NCBI GenBank assembly: GCA_043825875.1
Contig: JBDRRF010000041.1
Location: forward strand, 35,888-99,887
Source: Pseudomonadota bacterium
GTDB taxonomy: Bacteria; Desulfobacterota; Desulfobacteria; Desulfobacterales; RPRI01
Direction of reading: 5' to 3'
DNA: 64,000 nt
Within the stretch, counting starts at the first letter, position 1. Each line of letters opens with the position of its first letter. The notes under the pieces were generated by a model. That model was given only the letters and a program-made list of their open reading frames with translations, was not told the origin of the DNA and did not search any database. Position numbers and translations under genes: made by a program. Below, piece after piece: positions 48,891-59,565 of this stretch.

Positions 48891-51185
48891 TCAGGCCTTA
48901 CTTTCCTGCTTCTTTTCCTTTTCCCTGATGGCATGCAAAACTCTTTCCGGGGTAATAGGATATTCCCTGATCGGATAACCGATCGCATTGCTAACCGCAT
49001 TGGCAATAGCTACAGTGCAGACTATGGGTCCCTCTCCTCCCTCTTTGGCTCCGAAGGGACCGTAAGGATCATTCGTTTCAACCATAATACGTTCAACTTC
49101 AGGCACCTCAAACGGACGCGATAACCTGTAATCGAGAGGCGATGGATTAAGTATGAGACCCTTCTCCATGATACATTCTTCTGTCAGGATCTGCCCCATG
49201 CCACCGAATATCTGCGAATCCAATTGCCCTTCCATGCCCAGTGGATTGATGACACGCCCCACATCATGGGCGACAGTCATCCTGACCAGCTTTATGATAC
49301 CTGTCTCAGGATTTACTTCTACCTCGGCAATCTGGGCGCCAAAGGAAAAAGCCAGGGATGAGACCCAGATTTCCCGTGATTTAGTGGGCGAGTTGTAGAA
49401 GCCTCTTCCCATAACATGTCTGCCTTCATCGGAATGAAGCAGGGAGAACACCACGCTTTGAAAGGATATGCACTTTGCCGGTTCCTTGCGGGAAAATACT
49501 TTTCTGTCACAAAAGACAAGCTCCGAAGCCGCTACGCCAAGTTCTTTTGCGGCCCCCTCTGCAAGCTGTTTTCCGGCATCAAGACAGGCCGCCTTAACGG
49601 CGTTTCCCACGGCAAACGTGCCTCTTTGACTGCTTCCCGTAACATCATATGGAACCAAATCCGTATCCCCGGCGATCACAGTGACGTCTCCTGCCGCTAT
49701 TCCTAGCGTCTCCGCGGCAATCATTGCCATGGTAGTATGAGAGCCCTGGCCCATATCGGAAAATCCGATATCAAGAAATACTTTGCCGTCCTCTCCGATC
49801 CTGATAATCGCGCTGCCGGTGTCATGATCTTTCATCCCTGACTTGCCACCGGAAAAGATTCCCCCGCAGCCAATGCCGATTCCTTTATAGGGAGGGAGTT
49901 TACCCTGCTTTTTTTCCCAACCAGAGCTTTTAGCCACTTTCTCCATGCATTCCTTCAGGCCGCAGCTTCCGTAATAAACACCTGCTATGGTAGTAGCTCC
50001 TGTTTCCCAGGCATTTTTGTATCTTAACTCCAGCGGATCAATTCCTATATCACTGGCAATCAGGTCCAGCTCGGCCTCTGCAACAAAATTTAATTGGCGG
50101 ATTTCCCCCCCATGGTGCCCCATATTCGGGGGATTATTGGTATAGACGATCTTTCCACGCCGGCGTATCGCCTCGAAACGGTAATCCATTGCCAGCACGT
50201 TCGAAAAACCCCGAAAGACGCCGGTTAATATAGGGTTCCAATACGCGCCGCAATCAAAAAAAGAAACTACTTCTATGGCCTTTAGTTTCCCGTCTTTCAT
50301 CACCCCGATTTTTACCGTGTACTTGTGTTCACCGCTGTCCCGGGGCATAAAAAACTCCTCATCCGCTGTACAGAAAATTTTTACAGGTCTGGATGTTTGT
50401 TTTGAAAGAAGCGCAGCAATATAATGATGATTTCTGGGACCGCCCCTGCTGGAAAATGAACCTCCCGTGTTAAGATTAAATATTCGCACATCACTTACCG
50501 AAAGACCCAGGAGTCCGGCCAATCCCTTCTGCACGAAAAGCGGCGATTGATTGGGCGTCCAGATGCTCAGTTTTCCCGGCAGTGAATGATCGGCTATCAC
50601 CACATGATGCTCGGCATAGCAATTGTGGTTATGATTCAGCTTATACTCTCCCACCCGCACATGCTCAGATTCTGAAAAAGCCTTGTCCACATCCCCAATA
50701 TCGATATCAAATTCATCCGCATAATTATTCTTAAGCCCTTTATGAATTACCGGCGACCGTTCGGCCAACGACTCATCCAGCGAAAAGACGGCCCCCAGTT
50801 TTTCGTATTCCACACTTATCAGCTCCGCCGCTTCTTGTGCAGTGTCTCTGTCAACAGCAGCAACTGCGGCGACTTCATCGCCTATGTAATTGACAAATTC
50901 CCGGCAAAGCAATTCTTCATCAGGACCCACCATAAGACCCGGAAAGTCTTTGTGAGTGATTACTGCTTTTACACCAGGCAACCTTTCGGCCTTTGTCGAA
51001 TCAATGCTGATAATCCTTGCCCTTGCCATAGGACTTCTGACTATCTTTCCATAAAGCATTCCCGGCAAATAAATATCATCGGTAAACTGTGAACGACCGG
51101 TTGTTTTAAGGGGTCCGTCAAGCTTGGTCTGCCTTTTTCCTATAACACTGTAGTTATTTTCCTTAAGTGATACGATATTCTTCAA
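48891..51185 (-). CDS. Xanthine dehydrogenase family molybdopterin subunit (HcrA-like), second alpha
   Basis: GRSQFTDD..LPGMLYGK, DMGQGSHT, AHDVGRVINP, PYGPFGAKEGGEG; start uncertain (TTG 51185 after GGAGG, or ATG 51200). Confidence 0.88.
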   Translation of the reverse strand: MKNIVSLKENNYSVIGKRQTKLDGPLKTTGRSQFTDDIYLPGMLYGKIVRSPMARARIISIDSTKAERLPGVKAVITHKDFPGLMVGPDEELLCREFVNYIGDEVAAVAAVDRDTAQEAAELISVEYEKLGAVFSLDESLAERSPVIHKGLKNNYADEFDIDIGDVDKAFSESEHVRVGEYKLNHNHNCYAEHHVVIADHSLPGKLSIWTPNQSPLFVQKGLAGLLGLSVSDVRIFNLNTGGSFSSRGGPRNHHYIAALLSKQTSRPVKIFCTADEEFFMPRDSGEHKYTVKIGVMKDGKLKAIEVVSFFDCGAYWNPILTGVFRGFSNVLAMDYRFEAIRRRGKIVYTNNPPNMGHHGGEIRQLNFVAEAELDLIASDIGIDPLELRYKNAWETGATTIAGVYYGSCGLKECMEKVAKSSGWEKKQGKLPPYKGIGIGCGGIFSGGKSGMKDHDTGSAIIRIGEDGKVFLDIGFSDMGQGSHTTMAMIAAETLGIAAGDVTVIAGDTDLVPYDVTGSSQRGTFAVGNAVKAACLDAGKQLAEGAAKELGVAASELVFCDRKVFSRKEPAKCISFQSVVFSLLHSDEGRHVMGRGFYNSPTKSREIWVSSLAFSFGAQIAEVEVNPETGIIKLVRMTVAHDVGRVINPLGMEGQLDSQIFGGMGQILTEECIMEKGLILNPSPLDYRLSRPFEVPEVERIMVETNDPYGPFGAKEGGEGPIVCTVAIANAVSNAIGYPIREYPITPERVLHAIREKEKKQESKA

Positions 51186-51457
51186 AACCTTATCCTCCAT
51201 TTTTTGCGTAAATTCCAACAAACAAAAAACGCATTAAATCGGGTTTAGATGAAGCTTTAATGCATCCAACATATGGAAGCGGTTTTCCTGTTTTTACCTG
51301 GATTTATACACTCAACGACTTAACAGTTATGCCTGGCTTAGGGCCATAGAGGGTAGCATAAACATGAGTTGACAACAGCACACAAATATCTGAGCTTTGA
51401 AATAGCTTTGTTAAAGCTGCCTGAATTCGGGCAGGTTCAGGTTTGTTGTTAAATAAA

Positions 51458-53707
51458 TTATTTCTTCGTTTTTTCCTTAATGGCATTAAGCACTCTTTCC
51501 GGCGTAATAGGATATTCCCGCACCGGAATGCCGATAGCATTGTTTACGGCATTTGCGATAGCCATTGTACAGACTATGGGGCCTTCACCAACCTCTTTCG
51601 CCCCGTAAGGACCATATGGATCATTTGTTTCAATAATATCATACTTAAGTTCCGGGACTTCAAAGGAACGACCAATCCGGTAATCAAGCCAGGAAGGGTT
51701 AAGAACTTTGCCTTTTTCCATTATGCATTCTTCAGACAAAATCTGGCCCATGCCGCTGAAAACCTGCCCGTCTATCTGCCCTTCAATCGCCAGGGGATTA
51801 ATTGCCCGGCCTACATCATGGGCATGGGTAACCTTAAGCAGAATAACAATTCCGGTATCAGGATCAACTTCGACCTCGGCAACTTGCGCGCCGAAAGAAT
51901 AGGCAAGGGTTGATACCCATGGCTCTTTTGTAGGTGAAGACGTATGGTAGAAACCTTTCCCCATGATATGTTTGCCGTTTTGAGAATGCAAAGTTTCAGA
52001 AACTATATCCTTAAAAAGTACTACATTTTCCGGTGCTTTAGCAGGAAAAATATTCCGGTCCCAAAAAATCAGTTGTGACGGCTTAACGCCAAGCTTCTTT
52101 GCTGCACTTGTCGCAAGTTGTTTTTTTGCGTCAAGGCAGGCAAGCTTTACCGCATTTCCAGTAAAAAACGTGCCTCGCTGGCCGAATGCCCCAATATCAA
52201 AAGGTGCGGAATTCGTATCGCCTGCTACTACTTCAACATCTTCGATTTTGACTCCCAGCGTTTCCGCTGCTATCATGGCCATTGCTGTATGGGAACCCTG
52301 CCCCATATCGGGCAGACCGACAAAAAGAGAAAGCTTTCCGTCTTCTCCGATTTTTATCAAAGCGCCGGATTTATCCGGGCCGCCGCTGTTCATGGCTCCG
52401 CAGCCTATGCCTATTCCTCTGTATCGCGGCAGCTTTCCGAATTTTTTCTTCCATGATGCTTTCTTAGAAGCTTTTTTAATTGATTCCTTTAAACCGCAGC
52501 TTGCATAATGGATATTGGTAAGGGTTGTATCGCCTTTTGCAACGGCATTTTTTAATTTGAGTTCCATCGGATCCATGCCGATTTCTTTTGCAATAAGATC
52601 AAGCTCTGTTTCCTGAGCAAGTTTTAGCTGCAAAAAAGCCGCTCCATGAGGATACATGTTAGGAGGATTGTTTGTATAAACCGCTCTTTCGTTCCACCGC
52701 ATTGCTTCCATATGATAAACCTGCGGGATTAAATGATACTTGCAACGGAGCAGAACATTAAATGCAAAATTCCAATAAGCGCCGCAATCAAAAAGATAGG
52801 TTGCTTCCGTTGCTTTGATGGTTCCGTCTTTCATCACTCCTGTTTTGATAATATACTTGAAATACCCGCCACCGGGATAAACAACAAACTCTTCATCGGC
52901 ATCACATCTGATTTTGACCGGACGGGATGCTTTTTGGGAAAGAATAGCCGCTATGAAATTTTGCTGTCTTGGTCCTATACGGCCGGAAAAGGCCCCTCCG
53001 GTATTAAGGTTAAAAACGCGCACATTGCTTTCCGAAATGCCCAGTACCCCTCCCATACTTTTCTGTACGTAAAGAGGTGACTGATTCGGAGTCCAGATGC
53101 TCAGTTTTCCAGGCAGGGAATAGTCGGCAATCACGACATGATGTTCTGCAAAACAATTGTGATTCGGGTTAAAAATACATTCACCGATTCTCACATGGTC
53201 GGCTTCGGCAAATGCCTTTTCCACGTCACCAACATCAATATTATATTCATCCAGGCTATTATTTTTACACTCATCATGAATGACCGGTGCATACTTTGCG
53301 GTTGCATCTTCAAAAGAAAAGACGGCTGCAAGCGGCTCATACTCAACTTTTATCAATTCTGCCGCTTCTGCCGCCGTGTCTTCATCAATCGCAGCCACCG
53401 CGGCCACTTCATCTCCTATAAAATTAACTCTGTCACTACAAAGCAGTAGACGATCAGGACTTACCTTAACGCCCGGGCAGTCCTTGTTTGTGATGACTGC
53501 TTTTACACCCGGCAAACTTTCGGCCCTTGTTGTATCAATACTGATAATCCTGCCTCTTGCAACAGGGCTTCTGACTATCTTCCCATAAAGCATTCCCGAC
53601 AACTCAATATCATCAGTAAATTGTGAGCGGCCTGTGGTCTTAAGCGGCCCGTCAAGCTTAGGCTGTCTTTTTCCTATAACACTACAGTCTTTTTTTCTGT
53701 GAGGCAT
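51458..53707 (-). CDS. Xanthine dehydrogenase family molybdopterin subunit, 4-hydroxybenzoyl-CoA reductase alpha-like
   Basis: Same motifs, GAKEVGEG; translationally coupled to the 2Fe-2S gene. Confidence 0.88.
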   Translation of the reverse strand: MPHRKKDCSVIGKRQPKLDGPLKTTGRSQFTDDIELSGMLYGKIVRSPVARGRIISIDTTRAESLPGVKAVITNKDCPGVKVSPDRLLLCSDRVNFIGDEVAAVAAIDEDTAAEAAELIKVEYEPLAAVFSFEDATAKYAPVIHDECKNNSLDEYNIDVGDVEKAFAEADHVRIGECIFNPNHNCFAEHHVVIADYSLPGKLSIWTPNQSPLYVQKSMGGVLGISESNVRVFNLNTGGAFSGRIGPRQQNFIAAILSQKASRPVKIRCDADEEFVVYPGGGYFKYIIKTGVMKDGTIKATEATYLFDCGAYWNFAFNVLLRCKYHLIPQVYHMEAMRWNERAVYTNNPPNMYPHGAAFLQLKLAQETELDLIAKEIGMDPMELKLKNAVAKGDTTLTNIHYASCGLKESIKKASKKASWKKKFGKLPRYRGIGIGCGAMNSGGPDKSGALIKIGEDGKLSLFVGLPDMGQGSHTAMAMIAAETLGVKIEDVEVVAGDTNSAPFDIGAFGQRGTFFTGNAVKLACLDAKKQLATSAAKKLGVKPSQLIFWDRNIFPAKAPENVVLFKDIVSETLHSQNGKHIMGKGFYHTSSPTKEPWVSTLAYSFGAQVAEVEVDPDTGIVILLKVTHAHDVGRAINPLAIEGQIDGQVFSGMGQILSEECIMEKGKVLNPSWLDYRIGRSFEVPELKYDIIETNDPYGPYGAKEVGEGPIVCTMAIANAVNNAIGIPVREYPITPERVLNAIKEKTKK

Positions 53708-54183
53708 TATTTTACCTCCCTGTTTGCTCCGGCAACTTTTTTTACAGCCTCAACTGTCTTGATATGGCCTGTACAACGGCAATAAGTCCCGGCTAAAGCC
53801 TCTTTGACGGCATTATCATCAGGATTTGGGGTTTCATCGAGAAGGGCTTTGGCAGACATTATAACACCAGGGGTGCAGAAACCGCACTGCACAGCGCCGT
53901 TGTCGATAAAAGACTGCTGCAATGGATGCAAACCTTCAGAGCTTGCCAGAGATTCAATAGTTGAAATCAAATGCCCCTCGCAATCCATAGCCAGAGTAAG
54001 ACATGACAGAATGGCTTTGCCATCCATTATTACAGTACAAACGCCGCATGCGCCTTGTTCACAAGCCCTTTTCGTCCCTGTCAGTCTCAAATCATCCCGC
54101 AGTACATCGAGTAAGGTACGCCATGGATTAACCGCAATTTCATGCATTTCACCATTTACATTAAGCGTTATTATACTTTTCAA
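53707..54183 (-). CDS. 2x[2Fe-2S] subunit (HcrC/CoxS-like)
   Basis: CEQGACGVCTV...SC and QCGFCTPG...CRC. Confidence 0.93.
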   Translation of the reverse strand: MKSIITLNVNGEMHEIAVNPWRTLLDVLRDDLRLTGTKRACEQGACGVCTVIMDGKAILSCLTLAMDCEGHLISTIESLASSEGLHPLQQSFIDNGAVQCGFCTPGVIMSAKALLDETPNPDDNAVKEALAGTYCRCTGHIKTVEAVKKVAGANREVK

Positions 54184-55184
54184 TGTTTTGTACCTCCTTT
54201 TCCCTGCATCAGTTTCAGCTCCGACAAAGCCTGTTTTACAAGCACCTCAACGATATGCCGCTTATACCCGGCCGATGTAAATAGATTGGTAACAGCTCCG
54301 GTTTCCCCGCGGGCAACTTCTGCCGCCTTGTCAATGGCTGCTTTACTAAATCCCGATTCCATTATAATCTGTGCAGCTTTGTTAAGAATCAGGGGAGCGG
54401 AATTTATGGAGTTTATGACAAGAGATAGATTTATTTCCTTGCCATTACTTTTGACTGATGCACCGATACTGCCTATCGCAAAATCAAGCCCTATACGATG
54501 CTGTATCTTTATAAACGTTGTGAGAGCCTTTTCGGTTTCACAGGGGATAACAATACTAGTTAGCATCTCTCCTTTTTCAAGTACGGTATGGTGTCTGCCG
54601 TCATCCTTGAAATAATCTTTAAGAGAAACCCATCTTTTTCTGTCTTTCTTTTGAAGGCAGACTCTGGCATCAAGAGCGATCAGCATCGGCACCGTATCTG
54701 AGCTGTTAATCGCATGGCAGCGCTTTGAACCGCTTATGGCATGGCACACTTTTCCTCCTGTCCTGTAGCAGGCTTCTATCGCATGACGCCATTGCTTTGT
54801 CTGGTTATAGTACCAGCAGCGAGGTGCAAGACAAAGGTTTCCTCCTATGGTGGCCATATTTCTTATGTGCTTGGAACCAACAGAGTTTATAGCATGATGA
54901 AGGGAGGGAAATTTTGTTAATACAAGTGGGTGCTTGATCAAATCCGACAGATTTGCACAGGCTCCTATCTGAAGATTACCTTTATCATCTTCAGAAACAA
55001 AGTTAAGCTCTTCTACAGAGCGGATGCTTAAGACCTTTTGAGGAGAAATTACACCCTGTTTAAGCCTGACCAGAAAGTCCGTTCCGCCTGCCATAACCCG
55101 TGTCTCATGGCCTGATCCTTCCAATGACTCCAGGCATTCTTGCAGTGAAGATAGTTTCAGATACTCAAACCTCGGAAGACGCAT
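54180..55184 (-). CDS. hcrB: FAD subunit with [4Fe-4S] insertion, 4-hydroxybenzoyl-CoA reductase beta-like
   Basis: AGGTD, RNMATIGGNL followed by the Cys insert RCWYYNQ...C...C...RC characteristic of HcrB-type subunits. Confidence 0.78.
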   Translation of the reverse strand: MRLPRFEYLKLSSLQECLESLEGSGHETRVMAGGTDFLVRLKQGVISPQKVLSIRSVEELNFVSEDDKGNLQIGACANLSDLIKHPLVLTKFPSLHHAINSVGSKHIRNMATIGGNLCLAPRCWYYNQTKQWRHAIEACYRTGGKVCHAISGSKRCHAINSSDTVPMLIALDARVCLQKKDRKRWVSLKDYFKDDGRHHTVLEKGEMLTSIVIPCETEKALTTFIKIQHRIGLDFAIGSIGASVKSNGKEINLSLVINSINSAPLILNKAAQIIMESGFSKAAIDKAAEVARGETGAVTNLFTSAGYKRHIVEVLVKQALSELKLMQGKGGTKH

Positions 55185-55255
55185 TTTTTACCTCCCTTTG
55201 GAAAATAAAATGTTATCTCAGTAAAAAATCAGACGGATTAACTCGTTTAGTGATT

Positions 55256-56665
55256 TCAATTAGACTCTGATGCCATCTTTTTATTGGCTTTTAAAACTTC
55301 GGCAAATGATTCAATCCTGGTTTTGATTTGACCTGCACTGTAGTTTCGGGTGTCATAGCCGTCCATTTCAACCAACAGTATTGGAAGCCCGGTTTTTTTC
55401 TCAAGATAATCTTTTCCCATAAATGTAGGACTGCAAAAGGGTCGGCATGATATGGGATGCATCATTATTATACCGTCCACTTTTTGATCATTAGCTACCC
55501 ATTCCCAATAGCGCAAAACGCCTTCAGCAGAACTCATCTGCGGTTTTCTGAAGCAGAACTCAGCAAGGGCCTTCCAGTGATCATCTGGATAGCTTGAGGG
55601 TTGAGCCTCATACGGGTGCACATCGTCCACAAACATCCTCGGTATGGCGATCCCAAGTGATTCAATGGCCCGCATCGGTTTCTGATCCACAAGAACTCGC
55701 GTCTGACAATAGACTCTGGGCGCTCCCTTGGGTACAACACCGATTCCGGCATCGATTCTCTTTTTTGTTTCCCTGATGAGCGTGTTAATACCTTTGATCA
55801 CCTCCTTGGGATAGCGGGTTCCTGCGCCCTGAATCAATTTACCCAATCCTACATCTCCCTGGCTGATGGGCTGCGGATCAGCTTTGCTAACCATGTCAAT
55901 CAAAGTCTTATGCCCAAAGGTGATCTGTGCTACTTCTCCCAATGCAATCTTGTAAATTTCAGCAGTAATATCAAGTCCCGTGCTTTCTTTAACTCGGGCG
56001 ATTGAGGTCTTTATGCTATTGGCATTGTATTCAATGGCCCGCTCATCCATATTCGGCCAGCTTCCCCATTCCCAGTCGTTGGTTCCATCCAGATAGGTCA
56101 CATCATAACCGTATAACCTTCTGCAGAGTTCTTCAACCTCAGCGCCCTGGTCACAACACCATCCGCAGTTCACCACAATGGTTGGTACAGGCAATATCTT
56201 TCTTTCATAGAAGGCTGTATAAGCCTGATATTCGGAACAGTGGGCTCTGCCTGCGGTCTGGCCGATCAGTTCACCCAGGTCAAGAAGCTCATCAAGAGTA
56301 TCAAAGATGTTGCCGAGCGTCATCCACAAATACTGCTTTGCCACACTGCCGTATACATTGGTTCCACGGGCCGCCACGATGATAGCCTGCGCCAAAGGGC
56401 TAAGACCGGGCCAATTGTAATAAACTCTTTTTTCGTATTCTTCGCCCGACAAAACTGCATCCATGAGTTCCATCATCAGGACTCTAAGCAACATGCGTAT
56501 ACCTTCTAAAGAGCAATCAAAGTTTGCCTGAACATTTTTTTCGGCCTTTGCAATCATTTCCTTTGTATCTGATCCGATGATTTTTAAGGTTTTTTCTATC
56601 CGGTGTTTCTGTTCATTGATTTCTTCCTGGCTGAACCCGCACAGTTTAAATAAATTTGTATACAT
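55256..56665 (-). CDS. 2-hydroxyacyl-CoA dehydratase / benzoyl-CoA reductase-family subunit
   Basis: HC...CCDQ...SCRP Cys pattern; C-terminal EMDGYDTRNYSAGQIKTRIESFAE. Confidence 0.82.
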   Translation of the reverse strand: MYTNLFKLCGFSQEEINEQKHRIEKTLKIIGSDTKEMIAKAEKNVQANFDCSLEGIRMLLRVLMMELMDAVLSGEEYEKRVYYNWPGLSPLAQAIIVAARGTNVYGSVAKQYLWMTLGNIFDTLDELLDLGELIGQTAGRAHCSEYQAYTAFYERKILPVPTIVVNCGWCCDQGAEVEELCRRLYGYDVTYLDGTNDWEWGSWPNMDERAIEYNANSIKTSIARVKESTGLDITAEIYKIALGEVAQITFGHKTLIDMVSKADPQPISQGDVGLGKLIQGAGTRYPKEVIKGINTLIRETKKRIDAGIGVVPKGAPRVYCQTRVLVDQKPMRAIESLGIAIPRMFVDDVHPYEAQPSSYPDDHWKALAEFCFRKPQMSSAEGVLRYWEWVANDQKVDGIIMMHPISCRPFCSPTFMGKDYLEKKTGLPILLVEMDGYDTRNYSAGQIKTRIESFAEVLKANKKMASESN

Positions 56666-56710
56666 ACTAAATCTCCTGATATTGATATGATATCTTTTAA
56701 GCTGAAATAT

Positions 56711-57853
56711 CTAGTTGCCCTTCATGATTTCCACTAATGTCTCAATTCTTGTCCGCGCAGGGCCCTTTTCAGCCGGGGCATAATCGGATTCAATCTTGAC
56801 CATCGGAATTCCTGCTTCCTCTTCTAACATCTTACTAAAATAATGGGCCTGGATATCAAAGCCGTCACGGTACATCATTTGATACCAGAGAACTCCACCG
56901 CAGGAAAACTCCTTTGCCTTTGCAATAAGCCGTTCCATGCGATCTCCCCAGGGACGATCCCAGGGGGCAAGTATCCGCTTGTCAAAATATGTATCGGACA
57001 AGTTTTGTATCGGGTCACCTCCGTTTACTTCCACATTATCCAGATACGGCCGGTATCCTTCCGTGACCTCTTCATAAACGATGTCAGCTTCAGTATTTTC
57101 TATAATATCATGTACAAGATTATCACCGTTTGCCAAAGAAGAAGCTATCATCATTACCCGTTTTCGATCTTTGTTCGAAACAGGCTTTTTTATTACTTCA
57201 TCGCGAACAGCTTCAAGAATTTCTACAAAAAAGTCTTTATCAGCAAAAGTTGATGCATGCTGAAGCATTGTGAAATCTCTGCTGCTGATGGCAGCCGGGT
57301 TTGTTTTTCGTGTAAAGCTGATTTCTATAAAAAGGCTTCTTATTTTGTTTCCGGTTTTGATCTCATCAAAAAGCTTTTCATCAGTAATTTTGTTCCCGGT
57401 GAGATCTTCAAGCTTTTTCTTCAGTAATTCCAAACCACCTTTAAAATACATACGCGCCGCCTCTCCTTTATTGTGGGGAACGCCGTATCTTAACACATCA
57501 GTCTTGCTGTAATAGTTCCAGGAATCGGCAATAATCTTGTGATTACAGTCTGTATGGGGAACAATCAGAAGATCAGGTAAATTATAGACCAAATCACCAC
57601 CCATCAGATAGGCAATCTGGGTTTTGCAAAAAGTACAAAAAAACCTTGGATTATACTTTAAACTTTCGATTACCGAATCAGCATCGCCGCCCTTTAAAAG
57701 GCAAATCGGAATTGCACCGGCTGCATGGACAAGTTCTTCAGGCATGAAACCACCAGGTGTGTATCCGACAATTTTGACACCATCGTTTTTTTGTTTCCTT
57801 AATGTCGATGATCTGTCCGCTAAATGAACTTTAAGCCGTTCCATCGCTAACAT
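56711..57853 (-). CDS. 2-hydroxyacyl-CoA dehydratase subunit D (HgdB/BcrC-like)
   Basis: PEELVHAAGAIP, FCTFCK, HTDC, IESDY...RTRIETLVE. Confidence 0.88.
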   Translation of the reverse strand: MLAMERLKVHLADRSSTLRKQKNDGVKIVGYTPGGFMPEELVHAAGAIPICLLKGGDADSVIESLKYNPRFFCTFCKTQIAYLMGGDLVYNLPDLLIVPHTDCNHKIIADSWNYYSKTDVLRYGVPHNKGEAARMYFKGGLELLKKKLEDLTGNKITDEKLFDEIKTGNKIRSLFIEISFTRKTNPAAISSRDFTMLQHASTFADKDFFVEILEAVRDEVIKKPVSNKDRKRVMMIASSLANGDNLVHDIIENTEADIVYEEVTEGYRPYLDNVEVNGGDPIQNLSDTYFDKRILAPWDRPWGDRMERLIAKAKEFSCGGVLWYQMMYRDGFDIQAHYFSKMLEEEAGIPMVKIESDYAPAEKGPARTRIETLVEIMKGN

Positions 57854-57884
57854 GTTTTATCTCCTTCAATTGGTAACAGTTCTG

Positions 57885-58919
57885 CTATATGTTTTGTTCC
57901 AAAGACAGTAAATAACTTCTAAGATTAACTTTTTTGTTTTTAATGCCGATTTTCTTTCTTATATTATCCCGATGGAAATCAATTGTGCTCATAGCCAGGC
58001 ATAAGATATTTGCTATTTCCTTAGTTGTTTTGCCCAGTCTTATAAGGCTTGCGACCTGAATTTCGGTTGGGGTTAAATCAAGTTGTGAAGCAGATACATA
58101 GGGAACAAGCGGGGTAAGAATATCATTCAGGTTAGCTTCAATTATATGTATAAGATTCTCCTGATAATCATCTAAAGTAGTATTGTTCAGTCTTTCAAGG
58201 TATGGAACAACAAGTTGCCTGATATTAAAAATAAGTTTTTCTTCCAGCTTTGTTTTATCCATTTCACGTTTTTTTAAAAGAACTTCCAGCGCCGTGTTGT
58301 TCTTCTCTAGTTCGGTCGTGCGTTGTTGAACCATTTTTTCCAGATCATCCTTCATTTTTCTTTCTTGTTCTTCCACATTTTTTATATCAGTAATATCTTT
58401 TATATTTCCGACAATTGCTGATGGTCCTCCATTATCATCCAATATCACTGATCTGGTGTTACTTACCCATCGATAGCCTTTTGTCTTATGCTTCATACGA
58501 AATATTATTGTCCGGTTCGTGTCGATTTCATTTGAATTAAGATCTAAATTTATAAAAAACTCACGGACATTTTCCTTTTCTTCAGGATGGAGAAAATTCA
58601 AATTTTCAGACTTTTGCAGGTGCATTATTTCTTCAGACGTATATCCGAGCAAATGTATGGAAGATGGACTTAGGTATTCGAATTGGTGTGTTTCAAAATT
58701 TATACAATAAATTACATCATATGAATTATCAAGAACCCTCTTAAAACGCTTTTCGCTCTCAATCAGGGACTTTTCAATATTTGCTTTTTCCTTGATAATT
58801 TCTTGGAGTTTATGGTTGGTCTCCAAAAGATCATCGGCATGAACCTTTATAAACTCTTTATCCAACTCAAAATGCTTTATAATTGTATCAGTATTTTCTA
58901 AACTCTTTCTGTTTTTCAT
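57885..58919 (-). CDS. PAS domain + LuxR-type HTH transcriptional regulator
   Basis: PAS (YLSPS..LLGY...LHPEE...YRWV), coiled coil, [22 protein letters not shown]...HRDNIRKK. Confidence 0.92.
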   Translation of the reverse strand: MKNRKSLENTDTIIKHFELDKEFIKVHADDLLETNHKLQEIIKEKANIEKSLIESEKRFKRVLDNSYDVIYCINFETHQFEYLSPSSIHLLGYTSEEIMHLQKSENLNFLHPEEKENVREFFINLDLNSNEIDTNRTIIFRMKHKTKGYRWVSNTRSVILDDNGGPSAIVGNIKDITDIKNVEEQERKMKDDLEKMVQQRTTELEKNNTALEVLLKKREMDKTKLEEKLIFNIRQLVVPYLERLNNTTLDDYQENLIHIIEANLNDILTPLVPYVSASQLDLTPTEIQVASLIRLGKTTKEIANILCLAMSTIDFHRDNIRKKIGIKNKKVNLRSYLLSLEQNI

Positions 58920-59082
58920 AGTATGTACCGGCAAAATGTTAAAGAATATGGATAGCTTTTTAGCCGCTGCCTTCGCAGCCTTAACTTGTGTAGCTATGGA
59001 TCATTGGATCGAGGATATGCTTTCGTAATCGAGAAGGAATTCTTAAACAAAATCGGGAAAACCTCCCAAGAATACCATGAGA

Positions 59083-59111
59083 TTGACAACAGGATCTTTT
59101 AACAGTACAAA
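59083..59111 (+). promoter_or_regulatory. Putative sigma-70 promoter of the regulator pseudogene
   Basis: TTGACA-17 nt-TACAAA at the same distance from the ATG as in copies 1 and 2. Confidence 0.45.
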
Positions 59112-59212
59112 TAAATAAGATTTTCAGATCCAAAACTCAATAACTATAGATCTCTTCAGTGGCTACTGATTTCTTGGCATCAACCACATTATATATATCT
59201 ATGAAAAATGTT

Positions 59213-59565
59213 ATGTCATCTAAGTTTTCGTTACCACGAAAGAAGCTTTCGTCTAATAATGCCAAACATTGCAAATTTTTAGAGGCTCTTCTCAAAGAGT
59301 ACCGGCAAGGGCGGGAGATAAGCCAGGAAAAACTAGCAGAATCAATCCGCATGAGCGTTCGTGAAATGCAAAATTGGGAAGCCAGCCTTCGCCGTGCATG
59401 AATTGAAAATCTTCACGACCTATCGGAATTAACCGGGCACCCGTAATTTCTGCCAGGAACCCGAATGAATTAAGTCACCCGGAAAAAGGTCAACAGCCAT
59501 CAAAGTTAACAGGCAAACGACTGCCCGTAATAGTTGATATTAATCCTTTAGTCGTTGATAAAGCC
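59213..59565 (+). pseudogene. Pseudogene of the XRE-GNAT-InsA regulator (copy 3)
   Basis: MSSKFSL...SQEKLAESIRMSVREMQNWEA; TGA at 59399 then in-frame IENLHDLSELTG.P; linker remnant LPVIVDINPLVVDK at 59521. Confidence 0.85.

Noticed and set aside
59399..59401. In-frame TGA as possible selenocysteine or readthrough
   Set aside because: It aligns to Arg/Gln rather than Cys, a TAA follows 15 codons later and the rest of the gene is deleted
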